Positions 39,301 through 52,591 of a DNA stretch of 64,000 nucleotides are shown here, one piece after another; the first letter of the stretch is position 1; the number at the start of each line of letters is the position of its first letter. The position numbers and the translations under genes were made by a program. The stretch comes from Yuukianura sp. NJ FZ-2021 (taxonomy: Eukaryota). The notes beneath the pieces were generated by a model. That model made no database searches, was not told the origin of the DNA, and saw nothing but the letters and a program-made list of their open reading frames with translations. Where the stretch lies: positions 7,564,001 through 7,628,000 of the forward strand of contig CM102285.1 in NCBI GenBank assembly GCA_046563655.1, given 5' to 3'.

Positions 39301-41579
39301 TATTTCGGACTTTGTACCAGTGGCTTTTTGTAGGGCCTATGAGAACAATTTTTAGTTATTGCCTGAGCTACTAGTTCATATTTCTTAGGATGGCACTGCG
39401 ATGAAGCTGAGTTAAAAAAATTGCTGCTACGCTACACGCTCCTAAATTTTTGCGGTCTTGAATGATCTCGTAAAAGTAAAAGTTGAGAAACCACTTAAGG
39501 CTACGGCACTCAAACTTACATAGGAAACGAGCAGCACCGAAAGTTAAAACCCCAAAAATTCATCAAGGTGCCTACCGAAATTATGCTTGTGGCTTTCCAT
39601 CAACCCTTCTTATCCATTCCCATCAAATTAATCTAGTATAAGCTAACTCACTAATGTAGAAAAAAACAATCAACTATAACCTTAGGAATGAAATTCGCCG
39701 AAGCTTAAATCCAGAATCTAATACACTAAATCGTAGGTGGCGTCTCAGCCATTAAACGTCTACTAAAAAAAAAAGAAAAGCAAAATCAAGCTTACCTCGA
39801 AATTCAAGCAGTCTAACCTATCCTAACCTTAACCTAAGGGTAAAATTCTAACCTAATATGAATCCCAATGTTAACTGAACTACGTATTAACTAATGACGT
39901 ATCTGTGCTAATCCAGGTTTTAGATTCTACTCCCTTGGGCGTGAACTACAAAGGCGCGAGTTGAGTAACCCAAGGTGAGTAATGTGGTAACGTGATTAGA
40001 AAAGTCTCATTTCTAATTAACTCCAACGGCTATACCTCCGTGAAAACTTTGGTCTTTTGTAGGGCGTCTTCTGCGTAGGCTTCGTAGACATAAGATGATG
40101 TCATATTGAGATTTGTTAGAGATGAGTCAGAGAAACAGCCTCCACATTGAAGCGACAAAGGGTAGCGAAAAGTGTTTTATAACGACTTTGTTTTGCCCTG
40201 GCTCCAAATCTCACCTGTTTCACAAGGTAACTCGTGTGAGATGAAGGAACTCCTCTGCAACAGCAGAGCAGGGTAGAAAGCGGTGAGATTTAGAGGTTAT
40301 ATGGTACGATACAGATGCCGATTCTGACGCTTCGATTTGCTGTTGAGGCCGATTCTGACAACCTGATTGGTTCGTTACCTAATCCTACTTCTAAATACCA
40401 ATTGCGCTGTGATACATTAGCTTGTCTCTTCTACTTGTCCTGGCAAGCCCATATCTCATCGGTGGAGATGTGTGCAGGAGATTTTGGATGAGATGTGGTT
40501 AGAGAAAAAGCAGAGTTTTGTATATTATTGGTCGGGGATTGGGTGTTGGAGAGAAAGAAGAGGGAGATGAAGTTATTTTGTAGTTTTCCTTAGTATATTT
40601 TCGAGTTCTATCGATTCAATAAATATATTTTATATATTTACTCATCGATGCGATGGTTGTTTTGCAGTGGTTATCATTGGAGTCATTTCGATCTGGAGTC
40701 TGCGGACTCAGATCGAGTGTCTGGCTGGCGTAGAATGGCTGTGCTGACTCGAGGTTTTTCAGTTGTTTAGCGTCGTGGAGACGTTACACTTTTTGAGCGA
40801 ATGAAATTAAGGTGAAATTCTACCTTACTTGTTAACGTTTGCTTTTCGTTAGGTTAAGGTTAGGGTTATGTTTCACCCTAATTCTGGTAAAGTTTGGGGA
40901 AATGTGTTCCGAAACTTAGGCTTTTGTGATCTCAATACGGAGGGAGGTATTTTGAAATTGGAGTGGGAGAGAAAGTGTGAAGTAGTTGCTTAATTGCTTG
41001 TAAAGAAAGTACAACCACTTTCCGCTTGCTCAAGTCTGGACTTTACGTACAGCACATGCAAAAGCACATCATTTCCTTGCCTCCATTTTAAAACATAGTT
41101 TAGTTACGCAATAGCAAAAGTTTTGTTCTTTAAAGTTTTTGACTTTTTCACATTGAGGTTTGGTTAGGGCCTAACAATCACAACAAAATCCTTTGAAATT
41201 GGAATTTCGTACTTAGTATCAATTATCTACCCCAACTAGCATGTCACACAAGAAACTGAACTGAACACCTTCATAGTAAACATTTTGTTTGTTTTTGAAA
41301 CCATGAGGGGATTTCTAAGCTAATTTTGTGAACATTTTGGTAAAAAATTTTATGATACAGTACAAGAAAAGTTTGCAAATATTCCTCAATGTTTTGAAAA
41401 AGTGGTGGTCACGGAAATTATTTTGGAGTATTCAGGTTTTAATGTGACACGCTGTATGTACCAAATGAGCGTGAATTTTTTTCTTCCTTTTATCGACATC
41501 TAACCTGGCTTTGACAATTATCAATCTAATCCAGTCGATTCCACATATAATTTTATGAGCGCCTCTAAAGATAAACTTC

Positions 41580-43160
41580 ACCTGGAGGGGTGATGCTCCG
41601 TTGGAGTCCATTGGAATTTTTGCGTAAGCGCAAATACTAAACTTGGAGCTCTAGCTTCTTCAAACAAACATCTTGAGGCCGGAGCTTGGAATAGGAAGAT
41701 CCGTTTGCCGGAATCACTAACTCAGGCTGATGTTGACTTCTTAGTAGAAACCGCTTGTTTGTAAGCGTTAGCAGACTTGGTGATGTCGTTTTCTTTTGTC
41801 GCCGGTTATCCATGGCAATGATAATATAAAAGGTAGAAGTCACGCGATCGCTGAGCGCAATGGGCTTTTCTTCCGGAACCTCAGGGTTACAAACAGAAGA
41901 TCATTGGATTTTTATGCATCGTCACTTGGAGATACTGATATTTTTACTACCTATTGTGCTATGACAATTCCTTTAAAAACACGAATCGATATGTCCACAT
42001 GTCCACCATAATAGCTGCAGCTTTAAGCAAAATTTGCTAAAGCCTAAACAAAGTCTAAATCTAGTTTGAGTTTTAAGATTTGAAAAACAATGAGTTGGCA
42101 ATTCCCTTTCCCGCAATATAAGCTAGAAGCAGAAATTGAAAGTGCTAACCGCAAATACAGTTATTGAAAATTTCATGCTCACTCTGGTTTTTGAACTTAT
42201 TTTAAAACACCCGAATGGTCTAACACTGTGTATCTTTCTCTTCTAACCTAATCAACATTTATGATTTGACTTATTTGGGTGGTTTGCCTCATAGCTGTTT
42301 TGTTGTTGTCTTTTTCTCGCTCTTCCTTCAGTTACGTCTGGTGATTTTTTTTCATACTTTCTTAACGTTTTTCCTTGCTGTCAGTTTACTGCCCTAAGAC
42401 CAAAGTATTCTGCTGGGGAGAAGGGGTTTTTGGTGTCAAACTTCTTGGACAAAGTGTTTTTCCACTTAAGGACGACGCTTCAGTCAAATGAAAAACGGTA
42501 TCATCCCCGTTTGTTATTAAATTTCTCATGAGCCACCGCGGTGGCACATAGGTCTCGCTTCAAACTGCTCCAATTCCACCGTGGTCGCAAAGATGAAATG
42601 ATAACTCCACAAGAGTGCTCGTTTTCGCACCAGTCTCTGGAAACTCTTAGCGAATAGTGTTCCGGGGCGCCACCCACCAAAATGCAAGCGACATCCAGCT
42701 TTATGGTGATATGTTGGCAGCATAATGTACAGATGGAATAAAAGTAATAGCAAAGTTCGACGGCAAAATTCCGAAAACTAAAAAAATAAAGAAAATGTTA
42801 AATATTTTTATATGATTGGTGCAATAAAGGCGATTGTTGTCCTACTTACTTGACCAACTTTTAGGTTGAAATCCCGGTATCACGTGACGGGAAGGAAATG
42901 CACAAATTGTATTATTTGTATTTCGCAAGTTAAAATGCTATGCAACGTAGGGATTGGTGTTGGATTTATGTAGTAAGAAGTTTGACATGCAGGGCATAGG
43001 TCAATTACAACTGAATCACCTTCCGTTAGAAATATTGGGTACTTAGCAGTCCGTGTGTCGTTAATCTCAACGGAACCAATTACTGCTTTCTCCGTTTCAC
43101 TCCCATTAATCTTTATAACAACGGCTTCTACGTGTCTGAAAGGCACAGCACAGTGATCCT
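41580..43160 (-). pseudogene. Degenerate coding-like tract, possibly a divergent ionotropic-receptor-like pseudogene
   Basis: Exon-like segment 43158-42851 (VVIDLCPACQTSYYINPTPIPTLHSI, internal stop) is bounded by AG and GTAAGT. Downstream stop-interrupted frames contain hydrophobic stretches and SIRVFKGIVIAQ*VV. The family assignment is a weak resemblance only. Confidence 0.25.
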
Positions 43161-46100
43161 AGAACCTGAGTTTGCCTCTTCTCAACTCTCATTTAAATGA
43201 GCAATTTTTTTAGAAACCGATTTTGTCAGGTTATGTAACTAACCTAACATTCAAAATTATACCTAGTGTTCCACTTCGCCATAAAATTATAAATTTAAAC
43301 AGGACGTTCTGGCACAATTTATAACCGTTTAGAACAAATGTCAGCGGGAGTTTCAAATGTTGTGGTTGCCCACAAAGTTTCACCCATTTCAAAATCGAGC
43401 CTTTCGTGGGAAACTTGAAATCCCACCACTTCAAATTTCAAAGCAGACCAAAATCCCAGTTTTGCGTAAGTGTAGCAGCATTTCCGCCAATAAGTGGCAA
43501 AGCAGGCAATCTATACCACAAAGAACGCCACAAAACACTCCCAAATTAAATTCCATCCTGTCAGCTGGTTTTTGGCTTCTTTTTTAGAAACCGAATTTAA
43601 AAAAGAAGATAGGCTTTGCTCAAATTTGAAAAGCGGTTCCTATCAACTGTCGCAGCTTTTCGGATAGGTTTGGATTCTGAAATTAAATAATTTCAGCTTT
43701 TCACAAAGTTTGAAAACGTTGACAGCGGGAGAAAGTAAAAGTGAAAGTCCACCGCTGTGCGATGGCATCGGTCCATGGCTCGGATCCAAATGACCAAAAA
43801 ATTGTTCCCACCAGCCGCTACTTTCTCTTTCACTTCCGTTTATGGTTGACCAATTTTTATGACGGAAACCTACTGCCTCCTTAAATTGTATTTTGTTCTT
43901 AAAGTCCTAAAACTCAACAGTTTCAGAGATTGTATCTTTTGGTTGAGCTATTTCCTTGAAACTGACTTCCAGCCAACTTTCACTAGGAATCAACCCTTGC
44001 GGAAGTGTAAAAATGTCGTATCTGTTCCCATGTGTAAATAGGAGTCGAACATGTAAAAAACCGTTTATGAGTTACATGGAGGTTTTATCAAGAGAGGACT
44101 TTGAAAAACTCAAAAAGAAACTTTTAACAACAAATTGTACAAATGGTGAAGTTCGCTTTTATTTCCAACCCGAATAAAAGTTCGTCCAATATTAAAAACT
44201 TTAGATTTTTAGATTCTGTTCCTGTTTTAGTATGTTATTCGAGCACATATTGACTAAACTTACATATTAACTACATTTGTCAATCAAGTCAGAAAATTTC
44301 TGTTGAAAACGAAACAAAAGGCTTTCTCTTTCTCAAGCGTCAACCGCTTGTAATAGTAAAACTTGAACTGTATTTGTTTTTTGAAACTAAAATTATTTTC
44401 AAAAACTACGAGCCCTTTTAAAAACTATCAAAAGCCAGTCCATTAGTTTGGGCAAAAGAAGCACCAATGCTAAATGTTAACTGTCTTGATACAACAGCTT
44501 ATAAATAGAGCGGAAGATTTTGCGGATTTTGAGCGAAAAATTTTGAGTGGAAAAACATTTTATTCAAATAGATACAACTGAAATAACATAAATTTTGCTC
44601 AGCTATAAAAGTAAAAGTTTTACAAACTTTGGCTCATTTCTTTTACTGCTTCTGGTCTTGTTTCACTTGCTCTTCCGTAAAAATTACAATCGACATTCAA
44701 ATCAATTTACACATGCCAATGAGAAAGTTTCACATTTCACTTTGAACCTAACCCTTTTTAAGACTGAAAAGTTGACCTACTTTTCAAAAACTTAAAGAAA
44801 ATCAAAAAATACGCAATAAGCTAATAGCGTAAAACAACAGGAAAGTTTGGAGGTTCATTCTCTCGATTTGTTTAGAATCTTCATCATCACGAGGAGTGGG
44901 TGTATGTCAAGGGTGAAAGGTCAGTTTTCCCCCATTGTTTTCCTGAGGGATCACTTTCTCACCTTGCTTAAACAATACCGTTGTAGATAATGAAGAAAAG
45001 TGAAATTCTCTGGAGAAATTCAAGGAACCAGTAAAAAAGCACGTTCAACTAGGAGACATTAATCCCCAGTCCCCAACGGAATAAACTTATTATTTCTGTA
45101 GCGTGAAGTTGATCTTGACCGATGATATTGATGCTGACAAGTCAAACATCTACAACTAAGTGAAAACGGTAGCACGTGAACAAGATCAATTCGAAATTGT
45201 GGAATTGAAACTAACCTAACCCAACCTTCACTGTGCTGTGTTTTTTCTTCAGAATTTGTGATATTTTGCTTCAGCTGTATTTTCGCTAAAAATTACCAAT
45301 TGTGCAGTTCAGTCGTGACGCAGTTTTGTAAAACGCTTCGAATTACAGAAGAACCGTTGCGTAATTTGTTGTCGACATTCTTTCCCAACTTTTTTTTTAA
45401 CTTTTCAACAAACCGTCGACGTCATGGTGAGTTCAAAAGTTATAGCCTTTGGCTCAATTGCAATTCCGGTGAAGCTTTCCGCACTTTCCCATTGTCCAAT
45501 CCCTGCTTCTTTTCTAAGATCCGTTGGGGGTCTTGTGGCGAAAGTGCACGAAGAAATGGCCAGAGAACAATAGGGGACTGAAATAAAGCCTTGATTAAGT
45601 GCAGCGTTATCTCAGAGTTTACTTCCCAAAACACGTAGATCTGAGAAATTAAGGGAAAAAAATCAACCGTTGTAAACCGATGTATGTAAGTAGCAAAAGA
45701 TGCCCCCCCCCCCCCGGGAAAGTTGGGGTGGGTTCCAAGCACTTTACCCCTAGCAGGACGTTAAAATGGCAAAAAGAGCAAAAGGTCAGTTGGGGTCATG
45801 CGATGTACACAAGAGTTGTTGGTCTCAATAAAACGAACAGCATTTCTGAGGTCATTTTCCATGTTATTGAGGATTAAACCGGTTGACCTTGACCTTTGAC
45901 CCAAAAGGAGTTAACCCACCGGGATGGTAGTCAATAGTGAACATCACCGGGTCAGTAGGTGTCAACCGGCGAAAGCAGATCACGGAAGTGTTGTACCGTT
46001 TCCGTGATAATTCTCGGAAACCGCCGGTCAGACAGACATCCTCGATGTATAAAGTAGTTTTCGCTGCTTAATAATCTCAGGCTAAGCAAACTCAACCAAA

Positions 46101-46583
46101 GAACGGGTCAGAACGGGTCCACTCAAACCTAAAATTCAAATAAAATTAGTATACAAACTGCAGTTAATGTCTTGTTAACTAAAGTTACAGCATGTTTTCA
46201 ATTGCTCCAAAAAAGACAGAATATTCAAAGAAAGCGATTCATAGGTTTTGACCCAAAATTTGCGGTCTTAAAATTCTCAGTTGAGCCTGAATCAGACTTT
46301 AAATTTAATTCAAGTCATGTCCGAAACTAAGTGTCTTTTGTATATTGCCACGCGTAATGGTTCCCTTAAGGATTCCCTGTGTCACCGTTAAACGTTGCCG
46401 CGCAGAACCTTAAAAATCGAGGTAAAGTCTCGGGACCAGCCTAATCTTCGGACTTCTCACACTACAAAAGAATCTATGAGTAATAGCATTTTCTTTGTTC
46501 ATGAACGTGACAGTTGCGATTAAGGGTCTCAGATTTTATCGCGGATGAAAAAAACGGTGATTTATAGTACCTCACAGCAGAGC

Positions 46584-47070
46584 GATTCCATGTGAATTGG
46601 TCAGAATAATTTGGTCAAAAGTGAAATGATCAGAGGTGAAGAGGTCAGAAGTGAAAAGGTCAAAATGTGAAAAGATCAAAATTGAAATGGTCAGAATGTA
46701 AAATGATCAGAATCTGAAAAGATCGAAAAGTGAACGGATCAAAAATGAAATGATTACAATACAGTAAAAAGTCAAAAGTAAACCTCCAAATGTAATCAGG
46801 GTAGTTTGTCCGCAAGTGACCCACGGTCAGAATATCGGACAACTATTGACCGTCCATAAGCGACTGGTTATGTAAAGAACCTTGCGATAATTTCTGACCT
46901 TATTGTATTCTGATTATCTTTTCACTTTCTGATCTATTCGGAATCTGAGCATTTTACATTCTGACCTTTTCAGTTCTGATCTTTTCAGTTTTTGACCTTT
47001 TCTATTCTGCGCTTTTCACCTTTGATCATTTTACTTTTGACCAAATTAGTCTGACCAAATCACCTGCTAC
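46584..47070. mobile_element. Mutator-like foldback MITE with arms of about 15-bp tandem repeats
   Basis: The left arm (GTGAATTGGTCAGAATAATTTGGTCAAAAGTGAAATGATC) is inverted at the right end (GATCATTTTACTTTTGACCAAATTAGTCTGACCAAATCAC). G...C termini. Flanking direct repeat CAGCAGAGC/AAGCAGAGC (9 bp, 1 mismatch). Confidence 0.75.
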
Positions 47071-47501
47071 AAGCAGAGCTTTTGATTGGCTATTGCGCCC
47101 GCCAATAATTTCAACCACTTTTCAAATAGTGGCTCCAGTACATTCAGGTGAAAGCGAGAAATCGAAGTCATGTCACCTTACTCCAAGCTTCCACAACCAT
47201 GACAGGTCCTCGTCACGCTTTTTCCCTGTTTGTTTACTTTCTCTTAAGGAAACAAAATCCGGTGCTCTTAGGCCTTCGGCACGGTTCAATTTCCGCTGTT
47301 CTCTTCTCAGTTTCACAACAAGAAAAAAAAACATAAATTCAAAGTGAAAGTGAATTTCAAATTTTTTCCGGCACTAAGAAAAACAAGTTCTAAATGCAAA
47401 AAATGGATTCCTTTCTTTATTTCGGAATCAATCCACTATTGAAAGATAACATTTTATTCTGGTTTCAAAAAAGCTTTGAATGTTAAAAGAAAATAAAAAT
47501 A

Positions 47502-48189
47502 CCGTATCTCCCTAATTATACACCGTACTTAAATAGTACACCGGGTCCCTAATAGTACACCGGGTCCGGGGCCTGAAAAATTAATTAGTACGCCATCCTA
47601 AATACTAGTACACCGGGTCTCCAATAGTTCACCGGGTATTTGGTCTTTGGCAATACACCCAAGAAGTATGCCCAGTGTTGCTGTATGCTTAAATATCTAG
47701 CTTAGTATCTAGCTAAAGTATTTGGCTTAAATATCCATTCACATGATATTCAGTGGTATAAATGTGGCGTAGTGGACGGTGGATGCAACAAATTAATTCA
47801 GCGCGAGTTCAAATAAATTTAAGGTAACTATTATAAAATAATTTATTTATATACTTAAATCATTTCTTGGTATGCATCCATTGACCAAATATCGAAAAAG
47901 TGGATTTCCAGCAACTCTGAGTTTATGCCTACTGGAAATGTTTGGCTATATTTAATTAAATATAACAGAAAGAACATTAATGTTCTTTCTTTCTAGTTAG
48001 TTTCCACATTTTTCCAAGCAAAATTTGAATATTTCTTGCGTAATTTCAATGAGAGGTTAGCCAAAATGATATGCTTTTTGGAAATAGAATTAAAACACCG
48101 TCCCTAGTAGTACACCGGGTCCCTATTAACCCCTCCTGGAAGTCGAAAACAAAATTGATACACCGGGTGTAGTATTAAGGAAAATACGG
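47502..48189. mobile_element. Tc2/pogo-like MITE
   Basis: TA|CCGTATCTCCCTAAT...ATTAAGGAAAATACGG|TA, with repeated subterminal TAGTACACCGGG motifs. Confidence 0.75.
47673..47919 (-). mobile_element. hAT MITE of the 25628 family, inverted and nested in the Tc2-like MITE
   Basis: CAGTGTTGCTGTATGCTTAAA and AAAAAGTGGATTTCCAGCAACTCTG are reverse complements of the two ends of 25628-26029. The TSD is degenerate. Confidence 0.7.
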
Positions 48190-50278
48190 TAAATCGAACC
48201 GTTCTAAAACCAAAATATTTAACCCTCTGTCCACAATAAAACTAAAGTTTTCGATTTGGCGATTCGATTCGATACTTTTATATCTCTATTTTTCGAAACA
48301 TACTTTTCGATTTAGAAACCATATCTGCATCTAATTTTAATACTGCAACTATTTCTATAACATAAAATAAGAGCAGTAAAGTACCCATATTCGAAACAGA
48401 TTTGGGTATTGTCATATTGGAATAAATAACAAGGGGAACTAACTGTTTAACGATGCAAGTTTAGGACGTGAAAGTGAAAGTAGTTGTGAAACCTACTAAC
48501 GCTGGGAGTAAATTAAGCTTCACTTTAAAAAAGCAGTTTACTCCTTTAAGCTCATTTTTATATTCATGGAGATAAGAAGGCGGGAAGGATTGAAAAGGGA
48601 AAGTAGAGGAAGCAATTCTGGAGATGAGGGCTTCTCTGTTCGTCGTGTGCGTTTCAAGGGAGTGTCCCAAAGTTGGATGATCATCATCCAAGGAGCCCTG
48701 TGGGCCCTTAAGGGCATCTCAACCGATTACGGAGCTTGCCTAGGCACAGGGAAACTAGAAAACACAATCAGTCCCAAGAGATCGCTACTTTCTACAGCTT
48801 TCTTCAGCGGGAAAATGAGCTTTATCTTGTCTCTGATAATAACAAGGCTCAGAAATTTGCTACTGCCTTTCGTCCTTGTCGTCTATAGGGTGGAGCTGGT
48901 TGATAAAGTAAAGTCCCGAGTATATAGTAAGTTCCATTATGCCCTGAGTTTGCCAAGGTCAAGTTGATCGGAAGGCATGCACTTGCGTTGTTGCAGACCA
49001 GGGTTATGATGTTCATTTATTGCGATGAATATGTGAATCCTTGCTTTTTCCCAAAAGTATTCAAAGATATGTTAGGTGGTATTTGTGTGGAGAGCCGCAA
49101 GGGAGAGATTAGTTTTCTTGCACTTCTAATTAGCGAAGAAACTACGAAGGTGATTCATCATTGTCCAAAATTTCAAAATTGCTTTGGAATCGCTCGGGAA
49201 TATGGAAATTTCGCAGAGTTATTGGAACTAAATGCAGGAAGCGATGGTTCTTGTGGAAAGACTTAGAAATGCTGCAACACTTTACATCGTTTGTTTAAGT
49301 CAAAATAACACGTTACATAACACTTATTTGATCGTTTAGTATATAATGGTCTTGAAGTGTAATGGTTACCTCATGACATTTTGACACTCAAAATGTTGCT
49401 TGAATACTGCCCTTGTCACTTGACGTAAACTTGACTACGAATCAGCCTTTGAACGGAATCGGAAACGCACAATCATTGAAATGGAGACGCAAGAGTTACG
49501 TTGTACCCTTTTACCCAAATACGTTTCATACTGCGGCAGTAATGTACAAGATGAAAATAAAATTTTCAAAAAAAAAAAAGTTTATTCATGTAAAAAAGAC
49601 GCTCGTGGCACTAGGGATGAATGCCAATTTGGACTGTGTTCTTTTGACATGGCGGGTAACAAAGAGAAGGAAGTTAAGGGCGGCGGGTCAATTTGAATAG
49701 ACCCGGAGAAACTTGCTTCCTCTTTTAAAATAATTTCTATGCAAACCTTTTCGCCAATTTCCTACTACCACAATTGTGTTCAAACAAACTGAAAAGGAGC
49801 GCGAAGTGCTTTCCCTTTTTGAAAAAGACAAAATTGGACTCAATGAAGGCACACAGCACTCTCAATGAATGTCAACTTGTAATTCAATTACGCTCTAATG
49901 GTCTTCCCCCGAAACGTATTCCTCTTACAAGGGTTAGTAAATAAAGTTTCACTTCAATAAGCCTTTTACGTCGTAAATTGCACCATCATTTTATTAAATC
50001 AAAAAAGTGGCTGATTTAGAAAATGTTAATGGGGAGGTCAAATGTTTACCATTACCTTGCCTTATGTGGAACGTGCTTGGCTTTCACTCAACTAACATCT
50101 TTTGTTTTAGAAAACCAACTTTCCTTTTGTTCAAAAGCATCACTTTTTCTCGCCGGTGGCTCCTTTCCGATCTTCATTTGTGAATAACTTTGACGTGCGG
50201 CATTAACTTTATTTAAAGCTTCGCATTATGCTGGTGGTTTGGTGCAATTTTCTCTTATCTCCATCTTTAAATTCAAAG

Positions 50279-52591
50279 CTAGAATTTGAAAATTTTGCAC
50301 AAGAGTAAGCTCCAGACGAACTTGGCGTAATCTGAAACCCAAAATACAAACTGAAATTGTATTTACATTGTTAGCTCGCGAGTGTAAGAAGCTCCTTTCT
50401 TTTTTGTGAAGCAATTTGAATTTTCTCAAAATAACAAATTTTGTTTTATTAAAATGTCTTCAATCTCTCACTTGGGATGGGATGTGACTGGATAGTTGCA
50501 GATGATGAAAACTGCTCTCTACCCGATGAAAGTTGAGCCAGAATCCGACTTTCTTGTAATTCAAACAAGGACATTCCGTAGTGGTTTCCAAGAGATGCGG
50601 TACATTTCAGCTGGATTCGATTCGTATACATACTGTGAAAGCGTCCTGGTTCCACGATAAAGTTGAATCCGAGGATGGACGTCTCGAGCCCGTCTGTCTC
50701 ATTAACAGGCATGTACTCAGTAATGTCTGCGTAGTCCGCCTGCGGATACAGAACAAAAGAAATAGCAATGTTTAATCAGGCTGGTTTCACTTCACTCATT
50801 TTCCGCTTCATTGGAGTTGGAAAGTGCTCGGAGCTCCTTTCAAACTTTCACATTTCGGAAACTAGGCTCGAGGTTAAAGTTTTTAAGTTTTAGATTTGAA
50901 GGTTTTAACGTTGGGTGCATCTAGGGGTCGCAAATCCGTGAGGGTCCAAAAAAAATCCGGATTTGGTAATTTTTCGGATTTTTCAAAAAAAAATCCGGAT
51001 AAATCCGTGGCCCGCGAGGTTAAATTTCAACGTGAAAAGCGATGTGTTTGAACACTGTTATTACTTATTGCCAACTGTACACACAGTTTATTTTAGTTAA
51101 CCATACTAAAAACTACAAACATGATGTTTTGCTGAGGCGCTAAAGTCCCTCAACTTTCCATACAACACAAGTGCAAGTTGCTCCATTGTTGGAAATGTCC
51201 TTTAAATTTAGATCGGGCCACTGTCGGGAAAAGTTCGTTAGCTTTTGTATGTATGGGGCCAATTTTTTCTTCTCCAATCCTTCTGTGCCGATCTAAGTCC
51301 ACCCAACACTAAATTAAACAATGGCACAAGTTTCGTTTCCCAACGCTAAAAAGCTGCTCAGGGATCGAACACCAGTCGGGTTTGCAAGTTAATTAGAAAT
51401 ATCAAAAATTATTCCAAATTCAAAAGTCAAAGCTAAGCAAACCTCATCAACAGATCATTAAACTGGTAAAAATTCTTTCTAATTAAAAAATTCTTTCCTA
51501 ACATTTGTTGTCACTTTAAAATTGAAAACAAAATTATATCGAGTGTTCCAAATGTGTCTTTCACGTTTCTCTGCACAAAACCCAAGCTCCAAAAACTCCA
51601 CTGCGCGAGATGAGAGATGAGATGGAAAAGTTACACAGAGAAAAAAATTACACATATGGAACACCTGATAACTTAAACCTCCACCGCTTGGAAATGGTTT
51701 GAAATTCAATCCAAATGGAGTTATTTGTTTTTCTCTCGTTGGGAAATGAAATTAGTGCCACAACATCTGTTTAATTAGATAAAAATTTCTGTGATTAGGT
51801 GAGGTTAGTTAGTATTCCCATAATTTAGTTTTTGAAACGGTTGAAAGATAGTCCTCCTAAGTTTTCGCCCGTTGTTTCTATAACTTAAAAATTGGTCAAG
51901 TTTTTAAAACCATGATCCGGATCAGATGGGAAAAAAATCCGGATTTGGTAATCTTGGATCCGTCAAAAATCCGGATATCCGATCCGGATAAAAATCCGGA
52001 TTGCGACCCCTAGGTGCATCACAATATGCGTTCATTATGGGTAACCTTTTGACTGTTGATGTAAAACATGAGAGACGCGGCAGGTTTACTTCTTCTGGAG
52101 GAACAGTTTCCAATAATTCTGTCACCGAGGCTGACCCGCGAGTAATTCCCACTGTGACCCTTGACCTGGATTTCTGGATTGGACACTGGCGGAGCAACGA
52201 CTATCATTTGACCTTGGCGGGTCAGCCGCTGAAAAGACCTGTCTGCTAACACTTCGCATCGATACAATCCACTGGTACTGAGACTTATGTTTTTGAGCTT
52301 CAACAGTTTCTGGGAAGTATGTTGTACCTAACAGAAAATTGAATAACACTTCATTAGGTTTGATTAAAAACTGGTCATTGTACGTCTTTACATCAACGTG
52401 AATTCCCTCAACAGGAGAAAGTTGGAAGGAGTTGCCCGCGTAGCTAAAGAACTCGGCTTCATCCTTGTACCATTTGAGGTTGAGGAGTTTGTCTGACTCG
52501 AGGTCAAAGTCACAGGTCAACTCAACCGTGCCGTTAGTGACTGCGTAATGTGGAATGGACACATTCCGCATACTTATGCCTGTAGCAACGT
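50279..52591 (-). CDS. Beaten path (Beat)-like two-Ig-domain protein, copy 2 (signal-peptide exon not located)
   Basis: Exons 52591-52392 (VELTCDFDLESDKLLNLKWYKDEAEFFSY), 52327-52046 (SGLYRCEVLADRSF...GDRIIGNCSSRRSKPAASLMFYIN), 50739-50472 (ETSILGFNF...IQLKCTASLG), 50331-50279 (NYAKFVWSLLLCKIFKF*). Confidence 0.87.
50922..52012. mobile_element. hAT non-autonomous element (1091 bp) in an intron of Beat-like copy 2
   Basis: TIR TAGGGGTCGCAA / TTGCGACCCCTA, perfect 8-bp TSD GGTGCATC (50914-50921, 52013-52020), and subterminal ATCCGGAT repeats. Confidence 0.92.
51539..51668. mobile_element. Tc1/mariner-type MITE nested in the hAT element, relative of 20823-20957
   Basis: TA|TCGAGTGTTCCAAATGTGT...ACACATATGGAACACCTGA|TA. 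The internal GAGATGGAAAAGTTACACAGAGA motif is similar to about 20900. Confidence 0.65.
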
